Source of the DNA: Schmidtea nova
Lineage: Eukaryota
DNA: 64,000 bases
Assembly (NCBI GenBank): GCA_044892505.1
Contig: CM097882.1
Location: forward strand, 270,816,001-270,880,000
Direction of reading: 5' to 3'
The notes beneath the pieces are model-generated. The model had not been told where the DNA came from, did no database searches, and saw only the letters and a list, made by a program, of their open reading frames with translations. Positions 38,539-51,339 of the stretch are shown here, piece by piece; the first letter of the stretch is position 1; each line of letters begins with the position of its first letter. Position numbers and translations under genes: made by a program.

Positions 38539-39292
38539 TATGAAACAGTTAGACAGAGGGGTACTTAGACTTTGCAGATGAGTTAGACTACAAAGGATTC
38601 GAGCCATTAGTTATTAGAGCACAAATGCTTAGGGAAAACGATAAAGCGAAGGTTCATTCTGACATAACTAAACTGCTCACAATCTTTGTCAAAAGAGGAA
38701 TGAGAATAGACACAATATCACAAAAAACTGACAAAGATGTGTGGCAGAAATATATTGGAATAAGTAGAGAATACGACATCCAACAGGTTTTACGGAAAGG
38801 AGCATGTTCTGACAAGATAACCTAAGGTAGACTTGCTTGTGCCTTTCCGGAGATGACAGCAATTATCTTTTCAAAGATGGGATCCCGTTACTCATCTGAT
38901 CAAGTTCCTGCTTGCTTCCTGCAAGCTTGTTTCCTAAAGCGATCTCAGAAGGCCACCTTTCGCATATGTTGTTTTGCAAAGAACTTGATACGATTATTAA
39001 TAAAAGTCCCGTTCATGCTAAAGTGGAGCAATTTTAGACTATAAGTCATACTTCGAAATTATTTAACGAAGAACAAAGGGAGGCTATCATGAAAAAGCTA
39101 ATGCAAAGCAACCCCTCTGTGAATATGTATTTCCCTCAAGGGTCAGTTTTGCGACACTTACCAACAGTTATTATCAAACCTAGAGAGAAAAGACCAGTCA
39201 CTGACGTTGATGATTCCAGTGAAACTTATGACGAGATTAGCATTTCAGCAATGGGAACAGGTTCTACTAGAGGAAAAAGAGCGAGAAAGTGA
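38539..39292 (+). pseudogene. Endogenous viral element: Phenuiviridae-like (phlebo/tenui) nucleocapsid
   Basis: FADELDYKGFEP (phlebovirus EFAYQGFD), D..KLLTIFVKRG (D..KMIVLALTRG), DKIT*GRLACAFP (LTLSRVAAA), HMLFCKELDTIIN (HSLYLLQFSRVIN), SKLFNEEQR. Motif order and spacing fit. Two stops and one frameshift. Confidence 0.8.
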
Positions 39293-39338
39293 TGTTAGAA
39301 TGAAATGAGATAGTTTTTTATTGTCGTAAAATGTTAGG

Positions 39339-39689
39339 TTGCACTGTTATATTGGTCTATATAAAAACTTCATAAAAAACTCAGACCTTCCAAAATTTTA
39401 CTGTTTAATTAAAACCCACAAAGGTTCTGCGATTAAAATTAGACCAATTGTATCCAATACAAAAGTTCCAACAACCAAAGTGAGTTGGCTTCTCTCCAAA
39501 ATTCTAAAACCACTGATGGTTCAAGTACCACACCATCTTCAAAGCAGTGACTGTCTTATGTCAAAATTAAATAAAACAGATAAAAACACCAATGCAAAAT
39601 TCAATTATCCCTTTAGCCACAATGTGGTATCCCTATATACCTTTATCCACCCTAAAGATGCTATAGATTGTTTAGAAAGAAAATTTTAA
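39339..39689 (+). mobile_element. Penelope-like RT N-terminal fragment
   Basis: PKFYCLIKTHK..IRPIVSN..PTTKVSWLL..IL.PL...S.NVVSLYT.I...AI, typical of PLE RT motifs 0 to A. Confidence 0.88.
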
Positions 39690-39699
39690 AAAATGTAAA

Positions 39700-41975
39700 C
39701 TTTTCATTACTTAAAATTTCCCAGCCCCCATTTGCATGCATCCAAGGTATAACATTTTTTTGTAACTTTGCAAGTATCCTTTTAGCAATTTTTTTTCAAT
39801 TTCATTGGTTTCATCTTCAGAACATCATCTGCTCTATAAATTATTCTATTCTATTTCAATCAATTCCAGTGGTAAATAAGACATCTAAAACTTCGCCTTC
39901 ATCCGCTTCTTGTCTTATTAATTCTTTAATANNNNNNNNNNNNNNNNNNNNNNNNNNNNNNNNNNNNNNNNNNNNNNNNNNNNNNNNNNNNNNNNNNNNN
40001 NNNNNNNNNNNNNNNNNNNNNNNNNNNNNNNNNNNNNNNNNNNNNNNNNNNNNNNNNNNNNNNTTTTGTGTGTTCGAATAGTTTAGGATACATGATTTTT
40101 ATTAACTCTATTAGAACATCAACGTCCTTATCTTTAATTGACGTTTTGTTTGCAATTTCTTTCCGTTTCTCAGCAATGCTATTATTCTTTGATTTTAGAA
40201 GTCTATTTTCTTTTAACGTTACGGTCATTATACCTCCTATAGCTCCTATTGCGTTTTCTTCATTATCTTGTTCGTCTAGGTCTAATTTTGAAATCTTCTT
40301 GTTGACTACTTCTAAGCCTTTTTTTATTGAAATTGTTATCACGTTATTTCAATAAAATCCCATAATCCATTAAACAATCTTCGTTTTGCATCTTCATCCC
40401 AGAAAAATATAATATTATCTCATCATTTATTCCTAGATCGGCATGCCAATTTGATCTGCCTATGTTTCACATTTTTTACCTTTGTACACGCATGTACCCC
40501 TTGTTTATGAACAATCATTCTAGGCGTATCTTTATCATTTTTTTTCTAATGTTATTTCTAATGGCTCCTGTAATTTTTCATTTTTTCGGACATAATCGTT
40601 TTAACATTTCAACATCTCTTTAATTTCAATTTCCAATTCAAATAATTGTGTTACTCTTTGTTTCCCAACTAATAATGGTATCAAATTTCTCAGATTCTCC
40701 AGATATATTCCTTCTTTCATGAATTTTATTTAATATTCTCAACATTTCATTATTATCTACTATATAATTTCTTAAAGATTCCTCTAATTCCTGTCTCAAA
40801 ATATTTTGTCTATCTAATTCTGCTTAAAATTGTTCATCTCTTTCTATTTGCTGTCTCAACTCTTCATTATCTATCCTGTCTTCATTTGTAAAAATTTTGA
40901 ATTCATTTATCGATACATTAATTTTATTCCTCTCCATTAATCTCTTATATTTTGTTTTAAATTCTTGTAATTGATCTCTCAGCATCTCAATTTCATTATT
41001 CGACTTTAACATCCATAATATTTATTTGTTTAATTTCAGGCTCTTTATTAAATTGAACTCTATTCGGAGATTCGACTCGTGCATTTTTACATGCTTTTGC
41101 CATGTGGCCATATTTTTGACAGTTGAAACATCTTATTTCTCCGCGAAAATTAACTTTATCTCTTCCATCATTACTAAACGGACTCGGTCGCCTATCTCTA
41201 TTAAAGGTTTGTCGAGTAGGACTCATTCTCCTTCCTCTAAAATTGTTTCTATTTATCTCAAAATTGTTTTTATTATCACTTTCTTTTTTCGTCATATCGA
41301 TTTGTTCAAGTATATTCGAAATAATTAACCCTGTTGCTTGGATTATCATTAAAACGATTATTTTTATTGTACACACTATTTCCAAAACGACTATCTCTAT
41401 TATAATTTCCTCGACTCCTACTATCTCGATTATAATAATTATCTCTGTAATTCCCCACATAAGAATTTCTATCATTAAATGCCAAACGATCATTATTCCG
41501 ATTATTCGATCTACCTCTCGAACTACTAGGTCTATTATTGCTATCAAAGCTATGACTCGGACTTGGACTAGCCTTTCTCCTATTTTTAACATAATTTAGA
41601 TATAACTGTTTCATCTCCTCCCTATGAATGTTATCATCCTTATCATTTTTTTTGTTTTTTTGTTTTTCAATTTCCTGAATTTCTACTGCATCAATCACAG
41701 AATTAAATCTATCTCTTTGTATTGCTTCGATTCTTCGTGCCTTTTGTACTAACTCATTTAAATCCTCATATTCTACCATTACCAAAGATTTGTATAAATG
41801 TTTTTGAATAACATTCCAAAATTGGTCCTCAATTAGTCTTGTAGTATGTTCTCACACACCGAAGGCTTTTCGAGCTAATTCGGTTAAATTATAAACATAT
41901 TCTTCAATTGTTTCTTTGCAACCTTAATATCTATTTCGAAATTTTTGTACATTTATCTTTTGTAGATCTCGCTCG
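39700..41975 (-). mobile_element. Decayed gypsy gag-pol
   Basis: Gag with R/N/S-rich tract and knuckle RCFNCQKYGHMAKAC (~41090-41135). Downstream pol remnants include an RT-like YRADDVL near 39825. Confidence 0.8.
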
Positions 41976-41977
41976 AT

Positions 41978-43040
41978 AACTATTTCCCAATGGGGTCGCG
42001 TGACAGTTTGCCAGGTGTCTCCTGAGACCTTCTGAAAAAATAATTTTTTACGCGAGTCAGTGGTTAATACTTCTACTGACCTACTCTGACTACATTGGCA
42101 CTACAGTCACAACACTGAAGCGACGTACAATACTATGATTCATTCGACAGATGTCAGGAGCCTATATAATTTAATAATTTTAGCTATTTAAATTCTTGCA
42201 ACTTCAACTCTTTTTACGAAATTACCTACGTAATTAGTGATGTAAAATGAAATCATATTCTGTTTGCGGTAAAACAGTGTTTTCAGCTATTATTAAAATT
42301 AGTCATGCATGCGCTTCATATTCTCTAATTATAAAAGTCAACTAAACTAAAAGTTTTATTATAAAATTTTATATTGATGAAATTTGCATGCGCTTGATAA
42401 TGAATCAGCGAGATACAAGTGTTAGGAAAAGAAAATATAGTGATGAATTTTTAAAGTATGGCTTTACTTTCATAGTTGCAGCAGGAGTTGAAAAGCCACA
42501 ATGCGTTATTTGCAACGAAATTATGTCAGCCGAATCCATGAATCCCAACAAACTGAAACGCCATTTTGATACTAAACATCTTAACTATGCAGGTGTTTTA
42601 ATCGAGCCAAGACCATTTTTAATGCATTTTTATTTTCATCAGTAAACAATTCGTCTGCCATAGTGTCAAAGATATCACTGTTTAACCTGAAATCATCAAA
42701 AGAAGCATTGCATTGTTGACGTACGTCAGATGTTTGAATTCTCGATATTAAAATTGACCTTGAATCACAATTAACTTTCTTAAATTGAAAGGAAGGATTG
42801 ATATCTCTTAAAGATTTGATTCTGGATTGATTCTGGTGGCCAGTACCAACAGCAAAATGTAGCAGCCATTGAAGCTTCATATTTGGTGGCTCTCAGAATC
42901 GCCAAAGCCAAGAAACCTCACACCATTGCCAGCAGCCAAAGACATTGTTCGAGTTATGCTTGGAGTTGAATATGTTAACAAATTGAATGCAATATCCTTA
43001 TCTAATAACACCGTTAGTAGAAGAATAGTTGACATGTCTA
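41978..43040 (+). mobile_element. hAT Buster/Charlie 5' end with transposase N-terminus
   Basis: Left end TTCCCAATGGGGTCGCG. RKRKYSDEFLKYGF..KPQCVICNEIMSAESMNPNKLKRHFDTKH, then EASYLVALRIAKAKKPHTI and SLSNNTVSRRI. A possible right subterminus lies near 45120-45160. Confidence 0.9.
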
Positions 43041-46000
43041 TTACTATGACTATTATGATTATTATTTTTAAGGCACGTATGTGCCATTGATTATTGTTGT
43101 TTTTAAGGTACTTATGTGCCATATGTTAGTTTTGAATTTTTTCAATTTTCATTGTAAACGACCAACTCCGACGCCAACTAGAACCTCAACAAAACCCATG
43201 GTGCACAAACAATCCGACCAATCATGCTGAAAGAAAATGAGTGTAAGAAGTATTTTTTTGTTTTTCTTTAAGACATGTTTTATTTATTTCATTATTCAGC
43301 AGGATCTTGTTGAGTTAGGAATTAGGATAATTTTATTCTTTGTTTTTAACAGGAGAATCAATGATTTCGCATAAATTGTTGTTGTACTGAAACAAGTATT
43401 TTTCATTCAATAAATTATTTGTTACGGCCTTTACTACATTTTTATAAGGTTTGTCAATATATGAGGAGGAAAGAAATGGCATTAATAATAATCTTTATAT
43501 TCTCCAGGACGGTTACAGCTTGTTACACCATATCCTATATCAGTGGTCTTTGCATTGACTAGTTGTTTATATCCATTGCGACTTTTACTATATGAAGATT
43601 TTTGATTGAAAAAGTCTTGGATAAATTAGCTCCATTTTTTTGGGCTGACTAAAATTTGGGAGACCAGCACACTTAGCAATATTGCCTTTTGAGTTTTAGA
43701 TCTATATGGGCTATTTGCAAAAATCAGAGAACAGACACTCATAAGTATTAAGTTTGTTAATTTATTTATTCATGTCAAAATTTTATTTTAAATTTATTTA
43801 TTTATTTATTGTGAGCAAATTTTATTTGTGAGAAGTTTATGAGATAATAAATAGCATAAACTTTGTCGGATTTCACAAACAGTAAGGTTTTCTTTTTAAT
43901 GCTTAATTTGTAAATATCTATCTAATTGAAAAAAATATTATTTTATTAAATCAAATTGGTTAATCTATAAAATTTTTATTTAACAAGAGAAAACAAAACA
44001 ATTTCTTTAGCTTATTTGATAGGATAATTCCAATTTTTATTATTAGGTCCCAAAAACAAAAATAATACAATTCAAGTAATGTCAACATAAAATATAAATT
44101 CAATTAATGTCAAATAAAATAAAATGAAATAAAATATAAATTCAATTAATGTCAAATAAAATATTAATGTTTGAATCACAGATAATGCAATTCAATCTGA
44201 ATATTTTGGTATTTGGCAAATTGGACGATCTGGTTAAATTGGCATATATTCAAATGGGCATTTTGATAATTATTCCTTGACATATATTTATTCTATATTT
44301 ATTCTGTCCTATTTTATAATATTTATTTAGACAGGATATATCTATTTTTGACCATCCAACATTATTATTATTATCATTGTTGTTGTTATTATTATTATTA
44401 CTATTACTATTAAATTACTATTAAAATTATTATTTTTTTCATTTTTATTATTATAAAAGTTTTGTTAAATATTTTATATGCAATAATAAATCAAAAAACA
44501 AATTTTAAAAATGTGATAACAAAATAGTGCAATACTAATAAGTCGAATAATCAAGGAATGATATTCACTGTTTATATGTCTATGTAAAAACACAGACAAA
44601 TACAAACAAATAAGTGTATTCGTGATGATAATATTTTTGAATGGTAGAAAAGATTTATTTGAAATGTTAACTTACTAAAATTATTTACATTTTATAAACA
44701 ATTGAAACTAGCCTTTAAAATGACATACATATGTACCAAGCATTCTTGATTGTTTAAAAAAATTGGCTCATGACAATTATTCCATAAAGTACTCAAACTG
44801 AGAAAGGTAAAATTGAAAGATAAAATTAATTATATAAAAAATTCACTTTTGAAAACAGAGCTGGAACAACTTTCCGTAGTATTGCTAAATGTGTCGTGTT
44901 CTTTTCTAAAACAAATGTTTTCCTCATTATCAGTATCTAGATAGAAATTTAAATTTTCTAAGAATGTCAACCTAATCAGTCGACATTCCAGTTTGTTAGA
45001 ATATTTTTGTTTGTTGAGAACTTGTGTAATGTAACATACGTCTGAGATTTGTGAAGCTATATTAAAATCGAAATAAAAGGTATTCATTGATTTGGTTTTT
45101 GATTATCATGTGTAATTTTGTTTTCGCGTAACCCTTCATTTCCCATAAACGTATTTGAATTACGTCCTAGTGGTCTCGCGACCCATGGGCGGAGTTGGCC
45201 TCTCGCCCTGACTCTCTCGGGGATGCACCAAATATGAGAGGGAAATTGCACATATGGCATTTATTTTTCATTTTTCATATCGTGTGCATCTAATAATAAT
45301 TTAAGATTTTTTTTGAAATCGAAATAATTTCATAATCGGATTCCATACAAGGATTTGTGGAGATGAGAGCACATATGTCATTTGATTCGAAAGACGATCA
45401 GTAATATTTTTACACTCGATAATGAGGTTTTGATGAGGTGACATCGAGGGCATAACGACAGAGTGATTCCACGTATATCAACTACAGGTGGAATCTTGAT
45501 ACCAGCAGTGTTTTTGACACAAAGGTGAAGGTATTTGGGAAGATTATTATATAGAGTTAGGACATCTAATAACCATAACGAGACCCAAGACGAAGCGATT
45601 AACGCTCATGAAACATAACGTAATTGTAAAAGTAGTTGGATTAAGTACTCAAAATAGAACAGGTGGACAGCCACGTCGTTTCTCGCAAGCGTTTTTGATT
45701 TGCAATGAATTACACTGTGTATCATGAATTTTTTATGCAACTCTTTGAATGTGAGTAGTGGATTTTCTAATCACAAGACATACAAGTCATGGCTCCAAAT
45801 GCAGGTGATAAATTATGAAAAGGAATATGGCCACATTAAATGATCAACTAATTTCCCGACAGTAGACACCGATTCAATGAATTTTCAGTGCATTCTGTTT
45901 TGTTTATGCTAACAGCGCAGGGAATTAAGTAGCAAAAAACTCGCCATTAAAAATCCATTACAGGAACAAATATCTAAGTCGAATCGTGTTATTACCACAG

Positions 46001-46405
46001 TGGGCGAGAGGAAATTTTATCGCACGTTCAGCACAGTCAACATTTTTCTCGTCCACGACGAACCATCTGTGTGAGACGAAGCAAATGAATCCCTCATAAT
46101 GGAATTAATTTTATACCCACGGATAACCAAAATGAAAATGCACCGAGATAACGATAATGACCAAATACGATAAATAACCGTGGCGTTTCCATATGGCCAT
46201 TTTTGTATCTAATTTTAGCAAGAGAATGCATTGAAAAATTTTGTTATTATCTTATGAATTTCAGAAAATACAGCATGAACATAACGCAACAAGATTCAAC
46301 CAGGACTCGATATTTCCGAAACGGAAGGGTAGATAAACAAACCGGCTGTCAGGCTCATCAAGGAGTTCCAACGAACCATCATGGATGAACTTTATCGCCA
46401 CATGA

Positions 46406-47180
46406 GAAGGTGGCGATAGGAGTTTCAACGATCAGCCCCATTCAGAATCTGGGAGAAAAGGGACAAAACGATCTGCTGGGAAGGCGGGCAAAATTGGCCT
46501 CTGTGTGAGCCCACTTCACCAGAATCAGTATGGACGCAGTAGTTCATTGTATCGCTACAAGTCGGTCAATTGGAAAGTTGTCAACAAATTTCTTTTAGAC
46601 GCCTTTTGGTCGATATTTTTAGACAGTTCAGAAATTACTCTAAACTCGATTAGGTCAGCGAGAAATACGCTGGATAAACTATTTGACAAAGACGAGTCAC
46701 TATTTTATCAATTGTCCGATGCCAATTCCGAATCAAATGAAATCTTCGAGAAGAATGCTAAGAATTTGGAATTGCGACAGAATTGTCTTAGAAAGTTTAT
46801 CAGTGATTATTACATTAAAATTCCAAAAAGATTTCAAAACGCTTAAAATATGTGTAAACGATTCATTGATAACGTCAGATCATATCTTCATATGATGCTG
46901 GATATTATGACTTTAATCACTATATGTGAATGTGAGATCCGGGATGTTGAGCTGGGGATTCCTTATTGGTTGGTTGACGTTGATGATAACACTCGAATGA
47001 CAATTGATGAACTGGTTGAAGTTTGGGATGATTGGGATGAATGAATTTTAGACAGAATTGCTGGATTGAAAGGTAAAAACATTAGCAGTGTTTGTGAAAA
47101 AAATTGAGAGATAGTAAAGGAACTTTTGACGGAGATTCGTGAAATTTCAACTGAGTCATGTTGTGATAACAATTTATTTT
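46406..47180 (+). other. Decayed ~258-codon single-frame ORF, unknown
   Basis: ORFs 46505-46846 and 46850-47044 share a frame. It is open from 46406 and continues to ~47180, with three internal stops and no frameshift. Confidence 0.55.
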
Positions 47181-49955
47181 AAAATAAATGTTATTTGTTT
47201 ACATTTGTTGTTTTTATTAATTGGTACACAATTTCGTTTTCTACCCTACCCAACGCGAGGCACAATTATGGATATCTCACGGGCACCGTCGCGGAGTTTA
47301 CGATTTTATGTTGGTGAAGTTACCCTAATACAAGACCAAACAAAACTCATTCATCAACCACACCAGCAATTGGCAAAATTATATAAGTAATTATTTCATA
47401 GAATAAAATTATTGATTTTAGAGAAGTATCGCTGACTCAACGGAATTTTCGATAGTAAATTATACTCTACTTATTATTTTTACAAACAATTCTATTACGT
47501 CATTTTTTTCATTTACTAGCCGGTTGATTTTTGACTGCGAAATGAATATCAACTTATATTCAGTTATTATTGGGTAATTCTGTGGATTTTATTAGCGTTA
47601 TTTAGAGTAAAACCTTTGTTTTCGCAAAAGTTTTCTAGACTAGATTTCTTGTTAACTTCAAACCGGCATTCGATGCAATATTCTCCATTACATAGCTACA
47701 CTATTTTATGGGTCACAATCAATCCTTAAATTGGGTGGAGACACACTTAAGAAAATATTAACAGGCGAAATGGTAAGCAAATTAAGCTTTGTGTTGTTTT
47801 GGAATTTATATCGTTGATTCTTGAATCGAACATTTATCGTTGTATCTCTGTTTTCTTTCTAAATGAGGTTTTGGTAAACGCAGAAGGAAGACAAATTTAA
47901 TTTGCTGATCCCATGGTCAAATGCATTCAACTTATCAGGATTCGATTTCTCAGAAAAATTTTTGGAATTTATGTTATCCACATGGAATTGATATTGTGAT
48001 AAAAAATTGATTCAGTAGGAGGTAAAGTTTGCTTACTCGTTTAGGTAATTTTCTGTCTCCTAATAATCGTAATTATAATGTTCTTAACAATAAATTTTTG
48101 TCGTTCTTGTAATTGTTTCCTTTTTCTATTTTTTTAAATAACATAAATTAAGTTAAGTTGTGTTCATTATTAGATGGGTTCGTGTGTAATAACATATACT
48201 AGACATTTTATAGGGTTTTATAACACAAATTACACCTTCAGATTAGAGTCAAATTATTATAATCTATCGGTACGGATAGTTTCCCGATGGTGAAATTGTA
48301 GTAGGTTTAGAGAATACCTGGACCAAATGTTAAAAAATTAGTGAGAAATATCGCCTCTCTAACTCCATTTTTTGGAGTCTGTTCGATTTTGTGATTTTGG
48401 ATTCTCATATTCCTTTTTACAATCACATTTGAGTGGGGTCGTATTCCGGGATTTCGTCGACATAATAATGATAGAACAATGATTTATTATTAATGGAAAT
48501 AAATTAAAGGATTCGGCTCTTGTTCGATGTCACACAATTTTAAGTCAACAAACGAATGGAGTACGGCCTGATTTTTTACAACATATTTTTTAAACAATTA
48601 TAATCATTTAGACACACAACGATATATTGATTACCACAAAGTGAGCACATGGTTTCGATGCTTTAATTCGCGCATAATGTTGACTAATAAGCAAACATGT
48701 GGTGGATTCTCGACATTATGCATCCTGGTTGGTACGATAATTCCGCGAAAACCCATTTGTAGGACGATTTTGTTTCGCCCTACCCTGATAAGTAGGTCTC
48801 AAATTATATTTAAGAAAATATTAACTGCTCGGAAGAGACAGGTCCTGTCCTTTCGGACCAGCCCGACTGCAGATGGCACAGACTATTTTCCAACTGTGTT
48901 TTAATATCAGCAGCCCACTAGTCATGATCAGGTACAACACACGAGACAACACACAGGATTAAATTGGGGGATTCGGTTGAATTTGGAGTGTACGGTGAGT
49001 AATCATTCAGCAATATATTGGGAGCATATTAGTGGAGTTTGTTGAAATCTTCGGAGTCCGTGGGTATATCCAGTGAATCGGTATATCAGGCAATCGGTAT
49101 GTAGTTCGTAATTTCAGTATTCAGAATCAGCATAATGGATTAGCATCAGATAACAACATCAGGTAACAAGGCAATCAGGCATCCAGGAAATCGGTTCAGT
49201 CCATCGGTTCATGCAAAGATTCGGAGCTGCATGAACCTTTGGGAGCAGTAGGGTATTTCATTTTGGTAATATATCTATTAAGAATTTCATCTAAAGTCGC
49301 TGGGTTAGGTTGTTANNNNNNNNNNNNNNNNNNNNNNNNNNNNNNNNNNNNNNNNNNNNNNNNNNNNNNNNNNNNNNNNNNNNNNNNNNNNNNNNNNNNN
49401 NNNNNNNNNNNNNNNNNNNNNNNNNNNNNNNNNNNNNNNNNNNNNNNNNNNNNGTCCGATCAGGAAAGGTTTACATGTTAAAATACGTGATGATTTATTG
49501 TTTATTTATTGTATTTTTGATTTATATTTTAGGTTTCCGTTTCACTGGCTAGAGGTACATTCAATGAAACAATTACAAGTACTACTATTTTCGTTTTCAT
49601 TTTCTTATTTCATGTTGATTTTATTGCAGGTTCTTATTCTTTCGGATTCCTGCAATTTTGGATATTATGTATAAAAGGTTATCAATATTTTCTGATTTCT
49701 TATTCATTTTAGATTTTTGTCTTTATTCTATTGAATTATTATATCATTGATAAGTTTATTTATATTTTTAGTCAAATTTTTCTCCTTTTTTTCTTTATTT
49801 GGTCAACCCAACATAAATATTTATTAATAATATATAATAAAAATAAACCTGTTAATTAGAATTGTTTTAAATAATTTTTCAGTATGTTTATTGATAGTTT
49901 TAATAGTAATGAATATACTGTTAAGTGGGTGATAAGAATTTTTTATCTATAATCA

Positions 49956-50020
49956 TCATTATGAGAATTATTGATAATAATAATAAAAAAAGATCAAAGG
50001 TGAAAAAAGATAATTATAAT
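49956..50020 (+). repeat. Pseudo-LTR repeat copy 5 (3' tail only)
   Basis: TCATTATGAGAATTATTGATAATAATAATAAAAAAAGATCAAAGGTGAAAAAAGATAATTAT. Confidence 0.85.
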
Positions 50021-50075
50021 ATTGATTTTTTTTAATAATAATTTCCTGATTATTTAATTAAACCTAAAAAATAAA

Positions 50076-50240
50076 ATGTGGTCTCTATATGAAATTATGA
50101 AGAGAATGTCAAATGAAGAAAATGCATTAATTTATGCAACTGAATTAAAGTTGGTTGGTAGCCCTATAAGTACCTGCCCTAATTGTAACTATTCTTTGTA
50201 CAAAGATAATATTGGAGAAATACATGGCGTAAAATATATT
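50076..50240 (+). mobile_element. Merlin/ISXO2-like transposase N-terminal fragment
   Basis: MWSLYEIMKRMSNEENALIYATELKLVGSPISTCPNC resembles Merlin N-termini that precede the zinc ribbon. Confidence 0.5.
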
Positions 50241-51339
50241 CCAAATTCGACCAATGTTGATAACATTGACATATATTAATAAATTTGTCTTTGATAATCA
50301 ATACGGTGGAATCAATTTAAGTAACATTTTTTTTAAATTATGTGAACTGATTTCAGATCATTTTAGTTAAATAAATTATTTCAATAATTTTTTTGCTTTT
50401 TATTATTATTAAAATTTTAATTTTAAAAATTTAAATAAAAAAATACACCCCCCATATTAACCATATTAATAATCTTTCAATGTAATAAAGATACTAACCA
50501 ATTTTATGTGATTCCATTATTTTTTGAGTCAATGAAATATTTATTGTTAATGATTTTGAATTAAAACTAATTCACCATATTTAATATTTCATAACTTTAA
50601 ACAATTTTTAAAACAAAAATTATTTTGAATATAGTATTTTTAAAAATTAACAATTCAAAGTAATTTTCTATTAAAAACATAAATACGAAACCGAATTTAT
50701 GCTCAAAATTAAATAACTATATTCAATAATTTCAAATTCTGACTTATTTTTTAAATTAAACTTGGATCCAGTAAAAACAAACATCGTTATTGACGGATCT
50801 TCAATTTAAAAAATATCATTTACCAAATCGGAAATTTCACATGTAACATTCCTTTGTATATTTTTGAATTGCTGCGCGGAAAAATAGGTGGCGTGAGCAG
50901 TATATTTACCAAACAATAATTAGTGAGTGGTCTGTTCAGAGGGATTAAATTTCAATTGTACCAAAATATTCATAAAACTAAAACAAACAATTAAGACAAA
51001 ATTCATTTTTTATGCAATTTGTTAGATTATAAAAATTCATATTTTATTAATAGAAAACAGGTAGTGTGATTATAGTAATTGACTTGGATTATTATGGGTG
51101 CTATTTTAAAAATATATAGTAACATGAATATTAGTTATAAATGTTATTATCTCAAGAAATTTTAAAAAAATAGAGTGCGGATAATAATATTTACTACTCG
51201 CAGGATTTTCTAAAACTGCACGGGTTAGAGTCATAAAATGAAATAAGATCGATAATAATCTTAATCGATAATAAAGCAGTTCATGATTAAAACAAAGATC
51301 TTCGTCCGGTAGAAACATGTATAAGAAACGCTATTTTAC

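Noticed and set aside
15066-50020. CRISPR-like array from the recurring palindromic repeat
   Set aside because: Copies are kilobases apart, variably inverted and have no regular spacers. The context is eukaryotic and there are no cas genes.
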